Below are positions 41,201-57,000 of a stretch of 64,000 nt of DNA, one piece after another (position 1 is the stretch's first letter; each line of letters starts with the position of its first letter). Below the pieces are notes generated by a model, which saw only the letters and a list, made by a program, of their open reading frames with translations, had not been told where the DNA came from and made no database searches. The DNA comes from Auanema rhodensis. Taxonomy: Eukaryota; Animalia; Nematoda. The translations under genes and the position numbers were made by a program. Location of the stretch: NCBI GenBank assembly GCA_964057225.1, contig OZ059898.1, positions 20,212,001 to 20,276,000 of the forward strand, written 5' to 3'.

Positions 41201-44100
41201 TTTTATTGATATTGGTGCATGGCAACCATGACTTTAAAATTTACGTGTACTTTAATTTCTGCTAATTAAGTGTACACATGATGTGCACTTGGTATGTAAC
41301 TCGCTTCGCGTCAAAGATAAAGAGATGCGGTTTTCAAAATTAGATTCCCCATGTCCATATTAGTCTAAAAACAAATTTTTGTTGATATTGGTGGATGGTA
41401 ATCATGACTTTGAAATTTACGTGAACTTTAATTTATGCTAATTAAGTGTACACGTGATGTGCACTTGGTCTGTAACTCGCTTCACGTCAAAGATAAAGAG
41501 ATGCGGTTTTCAAAATTAGATTTCGCATGTCCATATTAGTCTAAAAACAAATTTTTGTTGATATTGGTGGATGGTAACCATGACTTTGAAATTTACGTGA
41601 ACTTTAATTTATGCTAATTAAGTGTACACGTGATGTGCACTTGGTATGTAACTCGCTTCACGTGAAAGATAAAGAGATGCGGTTTTCAAAATTAGATTCC
41701 TCATGTCCATATTAGTCTAAAAACGAATTTTTATTGATATTGATGCATGGTAACCATGACTTTGAAATTTACGTGAACTTTAATTTATGCTTATTAAGTG
41801 TACACGTGATGTGCATTTGGTATGTAACTCGCTTCAAGTGAAAGATAAAGAGATGCGGTTTTCAAAATTAGATTCCCCATGTCCATATTAGTCTAAAAAC
41901 AAATTTTTATTGATATTGGTGCATGGTAACTATGACTTTGAAATTTACGTAAACTTTAATTTATGCTAATTAAGTGTACACATGATGTGCACTTGGTATG
42001 TAACTCGCTTCACGTCAAAGATAAAGAGATGCGGTTTTCAAAATTAGATTTCGCATGTCCATATTAGTCTAAAAACAAATTTTTATTGATATTGGTTCAT
42101 GGTAACCATGACTTTGAAATTTACGTGAACTTTAATTTATGCTAATTAAGTGTACACGTGATGTGCACTTGGTATGTAACTCGCTTCACGTGAAAGATAA
42201 AGAGATGCGGTTTTCAAAATTAGATTCCCCATGTCCATATTAGTCTAATAACAAATTTTTATTGATATTGGTGCATGGCAACCATGACTTTAAAATTTAC
42301 GTGTACTTTAATTTATGCTAATTAAGTGTACACATGATGTGCTCTTGGTATGTAACTCGCTTCACGTCAAAGATAAAGAGATGCGGTTTTCAAAATTAGA
42401 TTTCGCATGTCCATATTAGTCTAATAACAACTTTTTATTGATATTGGTGCATGGTAACCATGACTTTGAAATTTACGTGAACTTTAATTTATGCTAATTA
42501 AGTGTACACGTGATGTGCACTTGGTATGTAACTCGCTTCACGTGAAAGATAAAGAGATGCGGTTTTCAAAATTAGATTCCCCATGTCCATATTAGTCTAA
42601 AAACAAATTTTTATTGATATTGGTGCATGGCAACCATGACTTTCAAATTTACGTGAACTTCAATTTATGCTAATTAAGTGTACACGTGATGTGCACTTGG
42701 TATGTAACTCGCTTCGCGTCAAAGATAAAGAGATGCGGTTTTCAAAATTAGATTCCTCATGTCCATATTAGTCTAAAAACGAATTTTTATTGATATTGGT
42801 GCATGGTAACCATGACTTTGAAATTTACGTGAACTTTAATTTATGCTAATTAAGTGTACACGTGATGTGCACTTGGTATGTAACTCGCTTCACGTGAAAG
42901 ATAAAGAGATGCGGTTTTCAAAATTAGATTCCCCATGTCCATATTAGTCTAAAAACAAATTTTTATTGATATTGGTGCATGGCAACCATGACTTTCAAAT
43001 TTACGTGAACTTCAATTTATGCTAATTAAGTGTACACGTGATGTGCACTTGGTATGTAACTCGCTTCGCGTCAAAGATAAAGAGATGCGGTTTTCAAAAT
43101 TAGATTCCCCATGTCCATATTAGTCTAAAAACAAATTTTTGTTGATATTGGTGGATGGTAACCATGACTTTGAAATTTACGTGAACTTTAATTTATGCTT
43201 ATTAAGTGTACACGTGATGTGCACTTGGTATGTAACTCGCTTCAAGTGAAAAATAAAGAGATGCGGTTTTCAAAATTAGATTCCTCATGTCCATATTAGT
43301 CTAAAAACGAATTTTTATTGATATTGATGCATGGTAACCATGACTTTGAAATTTACGTGAACTTTAATTTATGCTTATTAAGTGTACACGTGATGTGCAC
43401 TTGGTATGTAACTCGCTTCAAGTGAAAGATAAAGAGATGCGGTTTTCAAAATTAGATTCCCCATGTCCATATTAGTCTAGAAACAAAATTTTATTGATAT
43501 TGGTTCATGGTAACCATGACTTTGAAATTTACGTGAACTTTAATTTATGCTAATTAAATGTACACGTGATGTGCACTTGGTATGTAACTCGCTTCACGTG
43601 AAAGATAAAGAGATGCGGTTTTCAAAATTAGATTCCCCATGTCCATATTAGTCTAAAAACAAATTTTTATTGATATTGGTGCATGGTAACTATGACTTTG
43701 AAATTTACGTGAACTTTAATTTATGCTAATTAAGTGTACACATGATGTGCACTTGGTATGTAACTCGCTTCACGTCAAAGATAAAGAGATGCGGTTTTCA
43801 AAATTAGATTTCGCATGTCCATATTAGTCTAAAAACAAATTTTTATTGATATTGGTGCATGGTAACCATGACTTTGAAATTTACGTGAACTTTAATTTAT
43901 GCTAATTAAGTGTACACGTGATGTGCACTTGGTATGTAACTCGCTTCACGTGAAAGATAAAAAGATGCGGTTTTCAAAATTAGATTCCCCATGTCCATAT
44001 TAGTCTAAAAACAAATTTTTATTGATATTGGTGCATGGCAACCATGACTTTAAAATTTACGTGTACTTTAATTTCTGCTAATTAAGTGTACACATGATGT
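38300..44100 (+). repeat. Tandem 17-mer duplication; the second copy is one monomer shorter (16-mer)
   Basis: Offset 2992 for TTCGCG 38313/41305 and AATAACAACT 39431/42423. Offset 2816 for CTAGAAACAAAATT 40661/43477 and TTTAATTTCT 41251/44067. Confidence 0.85.
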
Positions 44101-47100
44101 GCACTTGGTATGTAACTCGCTTCACGTCAAAGATAAAGAGATGCGGTTTTCAAAATTAGATTTCGCATGTCCATATTAGTCTAAAAACAAATTTCTATTG
44201 ATATTGGTGCATGGTAACCATGACTTTGAAATTTACGTGAACTTTAATTTATGCTAATTAAGTGTACACGTGATGTGCACTTGGTATGTAACTCGCTTCA
44301 CGTGAAAGATAAAGAGATGCGGTTTTCAAAATTAGATTTCCCATGTCCATATTAGTCTAAAAACAAATTTTTATTGATATTGGTGCATGGCAACCATGAC
44401 TTTAAAATTTACGTGTACTTTAATTTATGCTAATTAAGTGTACACATGATGTGCACTTGGTATGTAACTCGCTTCACGTCAAAGATAAAGAGATGCGGTT
44501 TTCAAAATTAGATTTCGCATGTCCATATTAGTCTAAAAACAAATTTTTATTGATATTGGTGCATGGCAACCATGACTTTCAAATTTACGTGAACTTCAGT
44601 TTATGCTAATTAAGTGTACACGTGATGTGCACTTGGTATGTAACTCGCTTCGCGTCAAAGATAAAGAGATGCGGTCTTCAAAATTAGATTCCCCATGTCC
44701 ATATTAGTCTAAAAACAAATTTTTGTTGATATTGGTGGATGGTAATCATGACTTTGAAATTTACGTGAACTTTAATTTATGCTAATTAAGTGTACACGTG
44801 ATGTGCACTTGGTATGTAACTCGCTTCACGTCAAAGATAAAGAGATGCGGTTTTCAAAATTAGATTTCGCATGTCCATATTAGTCTAAAAACAAATTTTT
44901 ATTGATATTGGTGCATGGTAACCATGACTTTGAAATTTACGTGAACTTTAATTTATGCTAATTAAGTGTACTCGTGATGTGCACTTGGTATGTAACTCGC
45001 TTCAAGTGAAAGATAAAGAGATGCGGTTTTCAAAATTAGATTCCCCATGTCCATATTAGTCTAAAAACAAATTTTTATTGATATTGGTGCATGGTAACTA
45101 TGACTTTGAAGTTTACGTGAACTTTAATTTATGCTAATTAAGTGTACACATGATGTGCACTTGGTATGTAACTCGCTTCACGTCAAAGATAAAGAGATGC
45201 GGTTTTCAAAATTAGATTTCGCATGTCCATATTAGTCTAAAAACAAATTTTTATTGATATTGGTGCATGGTAACCATGACTTTGAAATTTACGTGAACTT
45301 TAATTTATGCTAATTAAGTGTACACGTGATGTGCACTTGGTATGTAACTCGCTTCACGTGAAAGATAAAGAGATGCGGTTTTCAAAATTAGATTCCCCGT
45401 GTCCATATTAGTCTAAAAACAAATTTTTATCGATATTGGTGCATGGCAACCATGACTTTAAAATTTACGTGTACTTTAATTTATGCTAATTAAGTGTACA
45501 CATGATGTGCACTTGGTATGTAACTCGCTTCACGTCAAAGATAAAGAGATGCGGTTTTCAAAATTAGATTTCGCATGTCCATATCAGTCTAAAAACAAAT
45601 TTTTATTGATATTGGTGCATGGTAACCATGACTTTGAAATTTACGTGAACTTTAATTTATGCTAATTAAGTGTACACGTGATGTGCACTTGGTATGTAAC
45701 TCGCTTCACGTGAAAGATAAAGAGATGCGGTTTTCAAAATTTGATTCCCCATGTCCATATTAGTCTAAAAACAAATTTTTATTGATATTGGTGCATGGCA
45801 ACCATGACTTTAAAGTTTACGTGTACTTTAGTTTATGCTAATTAAGTGTACACATGATGTGCACTTGGTATGTAACTCGCTTCACGTCAAAGATAAAGAG
45901 ATGCGGTTTTCAAAATTAGATTTCGCATGTCCATATTAGTCTAAAAACAAATTTTTATTGATATTGGTGCATGGTAACCATGACTTTGAAATTTACGTGA
46001 ACTTTAATTTATGCTAATTAAGTGTACACGTGATGTGCACTTGGTATGTAACTCGCTTCACGTGAAAGATAAAGAGATGCGGTTTTCAAAATTAGATTCC
46101 CCATGTCCATATTAGTCTAAAAACAAATTTTTATTGATATTGGTGCATGGCAACCATGACTTTAAAATTTACGTGTACTTTAATTTATGCTAATTAAGTG
46201 TACACATGATGTGCACTTGGTATGTAACTCGCTTCACGTCAAAGATAAAGAGATGCGGTTTTCAAAATTAGATTTCGCATGTCCATATTAGTCTAAAAAC
46301 AAATTTTTATTGATATTGGTGCATGGTAACCATGACTTTGAAATTTACGTGAACTTTAATTTATGCTAATTAAGTGTACACGTGATGTGCACTTGGTATG
46401 TAACTCGCTTCACGTGAAAGATAAAGAGATGCGGTTTTCAAAATTAGATTCCCCATTTCCATATTAGTCTAAAAACAAATTTTTATTGATATTGGTGCAT
46501 GGCAACCATGACTTTCAAATTTACGTGAACTTCAATTTATGCTAATTAAGTGTACACGTGATGTGCACTTGGTATGTAACTCGCTTCGCGTCAAAGATAA
46601 AGAGATGCGGTTTTCAAAATTAGATTCCCCATGTCCATATTAGTCTAAAAACAAATTTTTATTGATATTGGTGGATGGTAACCATGACTTTGAAATTTAC
46701 GTGAACTTTAATTTATGCTAATTAAGTGTACACGTGATGTGCACTTGGTATGTAACTCGCTTCACGTGAAAGATAAAGAGATGCGGTTTTCAAAATTAGA
46801 TTCCTCATGTCCATATTAGTCTAAAAACGAATTTTTATTGATATTGATGCATGGTAACCATGACTTTGAAATTTACGTGAACTTTAATTTATGCTAATTA
46901 AGTGTACACATGATGTGCACTTGGTATGTAACTCGCTTCACGTCAAAGATAAAGAGATGCGGTTTTCAAAATTAGATTTCGCATGTCCATATTAGTCTAA
47001 AAACAAATTTTTATTGATATTGGTGCATGGTAACCATGACTTTGAAATTTACGTGAACTTTAATTTATGCTAATTAAGTGTACACATGATGTGCACTTGG

Positions 47101-47899
47101 TATGTAACTCGCTTCACGTCAAAGATAAAGAGATGCGGTTTTCAAAATTAGATTCCCCATGTCCATATTAGTCTAAAAACAAATTTTTGTTGATATTGGT
47201 GGATGGTAACCATGACTTTGAAATTTACGTGAACTTTAATTTATGCTAATTAAGTGTACACGTGATGTGCACTTGGTATGTAACTCGCTTCACGTGAAAG
47301 ATAAAGAGATGCGGTTTTCAAAATTAGATTCCTCATGTCCATATTAGTCTAAAAACGAATTTTTATTGATATTGATGCATGGTAACCATGACTTTGAAAT
47401 TTACGTGAACTTTAATTTATGCTTATTAAGTGTACACGTGATGTGCACTTGGTATGTAACTCGCTTCACGTCAAAGATAAAGAGATGCGGTTTTCAAATT
47501 TAGATTCCCCATGTCCATATTAGTCTAAAAACAAATTTTTATTGATATTGGTGCATGGTAACTATGACTTTGAAATTTACGTGAACTTTAATTTATGCTA
47601 ATTAAGTGTACACATGATGTGCACTTGGTATGTAACTCGCTTCACGTCAAAGATAAAGCGATGCGGTTTTCAAAATTAGATTTCGCATGTCCATATTAGT
47701 CTAAAAACAAATTTTTATTGATATTGGTGCATGGTAACCATGACTTTGAAATTTACGTGAACTTTAATTTATGCTAATTAAGTGTACACGTGATGTGCAC
47801 TTGGTATGTAACTCGCTTCACGTGAAAGATAAAGAGATGCGGTTTTCAAAATTAGATTCCCCATGTCCATATTAGTCTAAAAACAAATTTTTATTGATA

Positions 47900-50800
47900 T
47901 TGGTGCATGGCAACCATGACTTTGAAATTTACGTGAACTTTAATTTATGCTATTTAAGTGTACACATGATGTGCACTTGGTATGTAACTCGCTTCACGTC
48001 AAAGATAAAGAGATGCGGTTTTCAAAATTAGATTCCCCATGTCCATATTAGTCTAAAAACAAATTTTTATTGATATTGGTGCATGGCAACCATGACTTTA
48101 AAATTTACGTGTACTTTAATTTATGCTAATTAAGTGTACACATGATGTGCACTTGGTATGTAACTCGCTTCACGTCAAAGATAAAGAGATGCGGTTTTCA
48201 AAATTAGATTCCCCATGTCCATATTAGTCTAAAAACAAATTTTTATTGATATTGGTGCATGGTAACCATGACTTTGAAATTTACGTGAACTTTAATTTAT
48301 GCTAATTAAGTGTACACGTGATGTGCACTTGGTATGTAACTCGCTTCACGTCAAAGATAAAGAGATGCGGTTTCCAAAATTAGATTTCGCATGTCCATAT
48401 TAGTCTAAAAACAAATTTTTATTGATATTGGTGCATGGTAACCATGACTTTGAAATTTACGTGAACTTTAATTTATGCTAATTAAGTGTACACATGATGT
48501 GCACTTGGTATGTAACTCGCTTCACGTCAAAGATAAAGAGATGCGGTTTTCAAAATTAGATTCCCCATGTCCATATTAGTCTAAAAACAAATTTTTATTG
48601 ATATTGGTGCATGGCAACCATGACTTTAAAATTTACGTGTACTTTAATTTATGCTAATTAAGTGTACACATGATGTGCACTTGGTATGTAACTCGCTTCA
48701 CGTCAAAGATAAAGAGATGCGGTTTTCAAAATTAGATTCCCCATGTCCATATTAGTCTAAAAACAAATTTTTATTGATATTGGTGCATGGTAACCATGAC
48801 TTTGAAATTTACGTGAACTTTAATTTATGCTAATTAAGTGTACTCGTGATGTGCACTTGGTATGTAACTCGCTTCACGTGAAAGATAAAGAGATGCGGTT
48901 TTCAAAATTAGATTCCTCATGTCCATATTAGTCTAAAAACAAATTTTTATTGGTATTGGTGCATGGCAACCATGACTTTTAAATTTACGTGTACTTTAAT
49001 TTATGCTAATTAAGTGTACACATGATGTGCACTTGGTATGTAACTCGCTTCACGTCAAAGATAAAGAGATGCGGTTTTCAAAATTAGATTTCGCATGTCC
49101 ATATTAGTCTAAAAACAAATTTTTATTGATATTGGTGCATGGCAACCATGACTTTAAAATTTACGTGTACTTTAATTTATGCTAATTAAGTGTACACGTG
49201 ATGTGCACTTGGTATGTAACTCGCTTCACGTGAAAGATAAAGAGATGCGGTTTTCAAAATTAGGTTCCCCATGTCCATATTAGTCTAAAAACGAATTTTT
49301 ATTGATATTGATGCATGGTAACCATGACTTTGAAATTTACGTGAACTTTAATTTATGCTAATTAAATGTACACGTGATGTGCACTTGGTATGTAACTCGC
49401 TTCACGTGAAAGATAAAGAGATGCGGTTTTCAAAATTAGATTCCCCATGTCCATATTAGTCTAAAAACAAATTTTTGTTGATATTGGTGCATGGCAACCA
49501 TGACTTTGAAATTTACGTGAACTTTAATTTATGCTAATTAAGTGTACACATGATGTGCACTTGGTATGTAACTCGCTTCACGTCAAAGATAAAGAGATGC
49601 GGTTTTCAAAATTAGATTCCCCATGTCCATATTAGTCTAAAAACAAATTTTTATTGATATTGGTGCATGGCAACCATGACTTTAAAATTTACGTGTACTT
49701 TAATTTATGCTAATTAAGTGTACACATGATGTGCACTTGGTATGTAACTCGCTTCACGTCAAAGATAAAGAGATGCGGTTTTCAAAATTAGATTCCCCAT
49801 GTCCATATTAGTCTAAAAACAAATTTTTATTGATATTGGTGCATGGTAACCATGACTTTGAAATTTACGTGAACTTTAATTTATGCTAATTAAGTGTACA
49901 CGTGATGTGCACTTGGTATGTAACTCGCTTCACGTCAAAGATAAAGAGATGCGGTTTCCAAAATTAGATTTCGCATGTCCATATTAGTCTAAAAACAAAT
50001 TTTTATTGATATTGGTGCATGGTAACCATGACTTTGAAATTTACGTGAACTTTAATTTATGCTAATTAAGTGTACACATGATGTGCACTTGGTATGTAAC
50101 TCGCTTCACGTCAAAGATAAAGAGATGCGGTTTTCAAAATTAGATTCCCCATGTCCATATTAGTCTAAAAACAAATTTTTATTGATATTGGTGCATGGCA
50201 ACCATGACTTTAAAATTTACGTGTACTTTAATTTATGCTAATTAAGTGTACACATGATGTGCACTTGGTATGTAACTCGCTTCACGTCAAAGATAAAGAG
50301 ATGCGGTTTTCAAAATTAGATTCCCCATGTCCATATTAGTCTAAAAACAAATTTTTATTGATATTGGTGCATGGTAACCATGACTTTGAAATTTACGTGA
50401 ACTTTAATTTATGCTAATTAAGTGTACTCGTGATGTGCACTTGGTATGTAACTCGCTTCACGTGAAAGATAAAGAGATGCGGTTTTCAAAATTAGATTCC
50501 TCATGTCCATATTAGTCTAAAAACAAATTTTTATTGGTATTGGTGCATGGCAACCATGACTTTTAAATTTACGTGTACTTTAATTTATGCTAATTAAGTG
50601 TACACATGATGTGCACTTGGTATGTAACTCGCTTCACGTCAAAGATAAAGAGATGCGGTTTTCAAAATTAGATTTCGCATGTCCATATTAGTCTAAAAAC
50701 AAATTTTTATTGATATTGGTGCATGGCAACCATGACTTTAAAATTTACGTGTACTTTAATTTATGCTAATTAAGTGTACACGTGATGTGCACTTGGTATG

Positions 50801-51050
50801 TAACTCGCTTCACGTGAAAGATAAAGAGATGCGGTTTTCAAAATTAGGTTCCCCATGTCCATATTAGTCTAAAAACGAATTTTTATTGATATTGATGCAT
50901 GGTAACCATGACTTTGAAATTTACGTGAACTTTAATTTATGCTAATTAAATGTACACGTGATGTGCACTTGGTATGTAACTCGCTTCACGTGAAAGATAA
51001 AGAGATGCGGTTTTCAAAATTAGGTTCCCCATGTCCATATTAGTCTAAAA
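47900..51050 (+). repeat. Tandem 9-mer (1584 bp) duplication
   Basis: TTTCCAAAA 48371/49955, TACTCGTG 48841/50425, GGTATT variant base 48953/50537. Confidence 0.85.
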
Positions 51051-54000
51051 ACAAATTTTTGTTGATATTGGTGGATGGTAACCATGACTTTGAAATTTAC
51101 GTGAACTTTAATTTATGCTAATTAAGTGTACACGTGATGTGCACTTGGTATGTAACTCGCTTCACGTGAAAGATAAAGAGATGCGGTTTTCAAAATTAGA
51201 TTCCTCATGTCCATATTAGTCTAAAAACGAATTTTTATTGATATTGATGAATGGTAACCATGACTTTGAAATTTACGTGAACTTTAATTTATGCTTATTA
51301 AGTGTACACGTGATGTGCACTTGGTATGTAACTCGCTTCAAGTGAAAGATAAAGAGATGCGGTTTTCAAAATTAGATTCCCCATGTCCATATTAGTCTAA
51401 AAACAAATTTTTATTGATATTGGTGCATGGTAACTATGACTTTGAAATTTACGTGAACTTTAATTTATGCTAATTAAGTGTACACATAATGTGCACTTGG
51501 TATGTAACTCGCTTCACGTCAAAGATAAAGAGATGCGGTTTTCAAAATTAGATTCCTCATGTCCATATTAGTCTAAAAACAAATTTTTATTGATATTGGT
51601 GCATGGTAACTATGACTTTGAAATTTACGTGAACTTTAATTTATGCTAATTAAGTGTACACATGATGTGCACTTGGTATGTAACTCGCTTCACGTCAAAG
51701 ATAAAGAGATGCGGTTTTCAAAATTAGATTCCTCATGTCCATATTAGTCTAAAAACAAATTTTTATTGGTATTGGTGCATGGCAATCATGACTTTTAAAT
51801 TTACGTGTACTTTAATTTATGCTAATTAAGTGTACACATGATGTGCACTTGGTATGTAACTCGCTTCACGTCAAAGATAAAGAGATGCGGTTTTCAAAAT
51901 TAGATTTCGCATGTCCATATTAGTCTAAAAACAAATTTTTATTGATATTGGTGCATGGCAACCATGACTTTAAAATTTACGTGTACTTTAATTTATGCTA
52001 ATTAAGTGTACACGTGATGTGCACTTGGTATGTAACTCGCTTCACGTGAAAGATAAAGAGATGCGGTTTTCAAAATTAGGTTCCCCATGTCCATATTAGT
52101 CTAAAAACGAATTTTTATTGATATTGATGCATGGTAACCATGACTTTGAAATTTACGTGAACTTTAATTTATGCTAATTAAATGTACACGTGATGTGCAC
52201 TTGGTATGTAACTCGCTTCATGTGAAAGATAAAGAGATGCGGTTTTCAAAATTAGATTCCCCATGTCCATATTAGTCTAAAAACAAATTTTTGTTGATAT
52301 TGGTGGATGGTAACCATGACTTTGAAATTTACGTGAACTTTAATTTATGCTAATTAAGTGTACACGTGATGTGCACTTGGTATGTAACTCGCTTCACGTG
52401 AAAGATAAAGAGATGCGGTTTTCAAAATTAGATTCCTCATGTCCATATTAGTCTAAAAACGAATTTTTACTGATATTGATGAATGGTAACCATGACTTTG
52501 AAATTTACGTGAACTTTAATTTATGCTTATTAAGTGTACACGTGATGTGCACTTGGTATGTAACTCGCTTCAAGTGAAAGATAAAGAGATGCGGTTTTCA
52601 AAATTAGATTCCCCATGTCCATATTAGTCTAAAAACAAATTTTTATTGATATTGGTGCATGGTAACTATGACTTTGAAATTTACGTGAACTTTAATTTAT
52701 GCTAATTAAGTGTACACATGATGTGCACTTGGTATGTAACTCGCTTCACGTCAAAGATAAAGAGATGCGGTTTTCAAAATTAGATTTCGCATGTCCATAT
52801 TAGTCTAAAAACAAATTTTTATTGATATTGATGCATGGTAACCATGACTTTGAAATTTACGTGAACTTTAATTTATGCTAATTAAGTGTACACGTGATGT
52901 GCACTTGGTATGTAACTCGCTTCACGTGAAAGATAAAGAGATGCGGTTTTCAAAATTAGATTTCGCATGTCCATATTAGTCTAAAAACAAATTTTTATTG
53001 ATATTGGTGCATGGCATCCATGACTTTAAAATTTACGTGTACTTTAATTTATGCTAATTAAGTGTACACGTGATGTGCACTTGGTATGTAACTCGCTTCA
53101 CGTGAAAGATAAAGAGATGCGGTTTTCAAAATTAGATTTCGCATGTCCATATTAGTCTAAAAACAAATTTTTATTGATATTGGTGCATGGCAACCATGAC
53201 TTTAAAATTTACGTGTACTTTAATTTATGCTAATTAAGTGTACACATGATGTGCACTTGGTTTGTAACTCGCTTCACGTGAAAGATAAAGAGATGCGGTT
53301 TTCAAAATTAGATTCCCCATGTCCATATTAGTCTAAAAACAAATTTTTATTGATATTGGTGCATGGCAACCATGACTTTAAAGTTTACGTGTACTTTAAT
53401 TTATGCTAATTAAGTGTACACATGATGTGCACTTGGTATGTAACTCGCTTCACGTCAAAGATAAAGAGATGCGGTTTTCAAAATTAGATTCCCCATGTCC
53501 ATATTAGTCTAAAAACAAATTTTTATTGATATTGGTGCATGGTAACTATGACTTTGAAATTTACGTGAACTTTAATTTATGCTAATTAAGTGTACACATG
53601 ATGTGCACTTGGTATGTAACTCGCTTCACGTCAAAGATAAAGAGATGCGGTTTTCAAAATTAGATTCCTCATGTCCATATTAGTCTAAAAACAAATTTTT
53701 ATTAATATTGGTGCATGGTAACCATGACTTTGAAATTTATGTGAACTTTAATTTATGCTAATTAAGTGTACACATGATGTGCACTTGGTATGTAACTCGC
53801 TTCACGTGAAAGATAAAGAGATGCGGTTTTCAAAATTAGATTCCTCATGTCCATATTAGTCTAAAAACGAATTTTTATTGATATTGATGCATGGTAATCA
53901 TGACTTTGAAATTTTCGTGAACTTTAATTTATGCTTATTAAGTGTACACGTGATGTGCACTTGGTATGTAACTCGCTTCACGTGAAAGATAAAGAGATGC

Positions 54001-57000
54001 GGTTTTCAAAATTAGATTCCCCATGACCATATTAGTCTAAAAACAAATTTTTATTGATATTGGTGCATGGTAACCATGACTTTGAAATTTACGTGAACTT
54101 TAATTTATGCTAATTAAGTGTACACGTGATGTGCACTCGGTATGTAACTCGCTTCACGTGAAAGATAAAGAGATGCGGTTTTCAAAATTAGATTCCGCAT
54201 GTCCATATTAGTCTAAAAACAAATTTTTATTGATATTGGTGCATGGTAACCATGACTTTGAAATTTACGTGAACTTTAATTTATGCTAATTAAGTGTACA
54301 CGTGATGTGCACTTGGTATGTAACTCGCTTCACGTGAAAGATAAAGAGATGCGGTTTTCAAAATTAGATTCCCCATGTCCATATTAGTCTAAAAACAAAT
54401 TTTTTATGATATTGGTGCATGGTAACCATGACTTTGAAATTTACGTGAACTTTAATTTATGCTAATTAAGTGTACACGTGATGTGCACTCGGTATGTAAC
54501 TCGCTTCACGTGAAAGATAAAGAGATGCGGTTTTCAAAATTAGATTCCGCATGTCCATATTAGTCTAAAAACAAATTTTTATTGATATTGGTGCATGGTA
54601 ACCATGACTTTGAAATTTACGTGAACTTTAATTTATGCTAATTAAGTGTACACGTGATGTGCACTTGGTATGTAACTCGCTTCACGTGAAAGATAAAGAG
54701 ATGCGGTTTTCAAAATTAGGTTCCCCATGTCCATATTAGTCTAAAAACGAATTTTTATTGATATTGATGCATGGTAACCATGACTTTGAAATTTACGTGA
54801 ACTTTAATTTATGCTAATTAAATGTACACGTGATGTGCACTTGGTATGTAACTCGCTTCACGTGAAAGATAAAGAGATGCGGTTTTCAAAATTAGATTCC
54901 CCATGTCCATATTAGTCTAAAAACAAATTTTTGTTGATATTGGTGGATGGTAACCATGACTTTGAAATTTACGTGAACTTTAATTTATGCTAATTAAGTG
55001 TACACGTGATGTGCACTTGGTATGTAACTCGCTTCACGTGAAAGATAAAGAGATGCGATTTTCAAAATTAGATTCCTCATGTCCATATTAGTCTAAAAAC
55101 GAATTTTTATTGATATTGATGAATGGTAACCATGACTTTGAAATTTACGTGAACTTTAATTTATGCTTATTAAGTGTACACGTGATGTGCACTTGGTATG
55201 TAACTCGCTTCAAGTGAAAGATAAAGAGATGCGGTTTTCAAAATTAAATTCCCCATGTCCATATTAGTCTAAAAACAAATTTTTATTGATATTGGTGCAT
55301 GGTAACTATGACTTTGAAATTTACGTGAACTTTAATTTATGCTAATTAAGTGTACACATGATGTGCACTTGGTATGTAACTCGCTTCACGTCAAAGATAA
55401 AGAGATGCGGTTTTCAAAATTAGATTCCTCATGTCCATATTAGTCTAAAAACAAATTTTTATTGATATTGGTGCATGGTAACTATGACTTTGAAATTTAC
55501 GTGAACTTTAATTTATGCTAATTAAGTGTACACATGATGTGCACTTGGTATGTAACTCGCTTCACGTCAAAGATAAAGAGATGCGGTTTTCAAAATTAGA
55601 TTCCTCATGTCCATATTAGTCTAAAAACAAATTTTTATTGGTATTGGTGCATGGCAATCATGACTTTTAAATTTACGTGTACTTTAATTTATGCTAATTA
55701 AGTGTACACATGATGTGCACTTGGTATGTAACTCGCTTCACGTCAAAGATAAAGAGATGCGGTTTTCAAAATTAGATTTCGCATGTCCATATTAGTCTAA
55801 AAACAAATTTTTATTGATATTGGTGCATGGCAACCATGACTTTAAAATTTACGTGTACTTTAATTTATGCTAATTAAGTGTACACGTGATGTGCACTTGG
55901 TATGTAACTCGCTTCACGTGAAAGATAAAGAGATGCGGTTTTCAAAATTAGGTTCCCCATGTCCATATTAGTCTAAAAACGAATTTTTATTGATATTGAT
56001 GCATGGTAACCATGACTTTGAAATTTACGTGAACTTTAATTTATGCTAATTAAATGTACACGTGATGTGCACTTGGTATGTAACTCGCTTCATGTGAAAG
56101 ATAAAGAGATGCGGTTTTCAAAATTAGATTCCCCATGTCCATATTAGTCTAAAAACAAATTTTTGTTGATATTGGTGGATGGTAACCATGACTTTGAAAT
56201 TTACGTGAACTTTAATTTATGCTAATTAAGTGTACACGTGATGTGCACTTGGTATGTAACTCGCTTCACGTGAAAGATAAAGAGATGCGGTTTTCAAAAT
56301 TAGATTCCTCATGTCCATATTAGTCTAAAAACGAATTTTTATTGATATTGATGAATGGTAACCATGACTTTGAAATTTACGTGAACTTTAATTTATGCTT
56401 ATTAAGTGTACACGTGATGTGCACTTGGTATGTAACTCGCTTCAAGTGAAAGATAAAGAGATGCGGTTTTCAAAATTAGATTCCCCATGTCCATATTAGT
56501 CTAAAAACAAATTTTTATTGATATTGGTGCATGGTAACTATGACTTTGAAATTTACGTGAACTTTAATTTATGCTAATTAAGTGTACACATGATGTGCAC
56601 TTGGTATGTAACTCGCTTCACGTCAAAGATAAAGAGATGCGGTTTTCAAAATTAGATTTCGCATGTCCATATTAGTCTAAAAACAAATTTTTATTGATAT
56701 TGATGCATGGTAACCATGACTTTGAAATTTACGTGAACTTTAATTTATGCTAATTAAGTGTACACGTGATGTGCACTTGGTATGTAACTCGCTTCACGTG
56801 AAAGATAAAGAGATGCGGTTTTCAAAATTAGATTTCGCATGTCCATATTAGTCTAAAAACAAATTTTTATTGATATTGGTGCATGGCATCCATGACTTTA
56901 AAATTTACGTGTACTTTAATTTATGCTTATTAAGTGTACACGTGATGTGCACTTGGTATGTAACTCGCTTCACGTGAAAGATAAAGAGATGCGGTTTTCA

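Noticed and set aside
29995-45665. Three near-identical 60-aa ORFs (29995, 37387, 45483)
   Set aside because: A single TAG>CAG change copied by block duplication. This is not evidence of coding selection.
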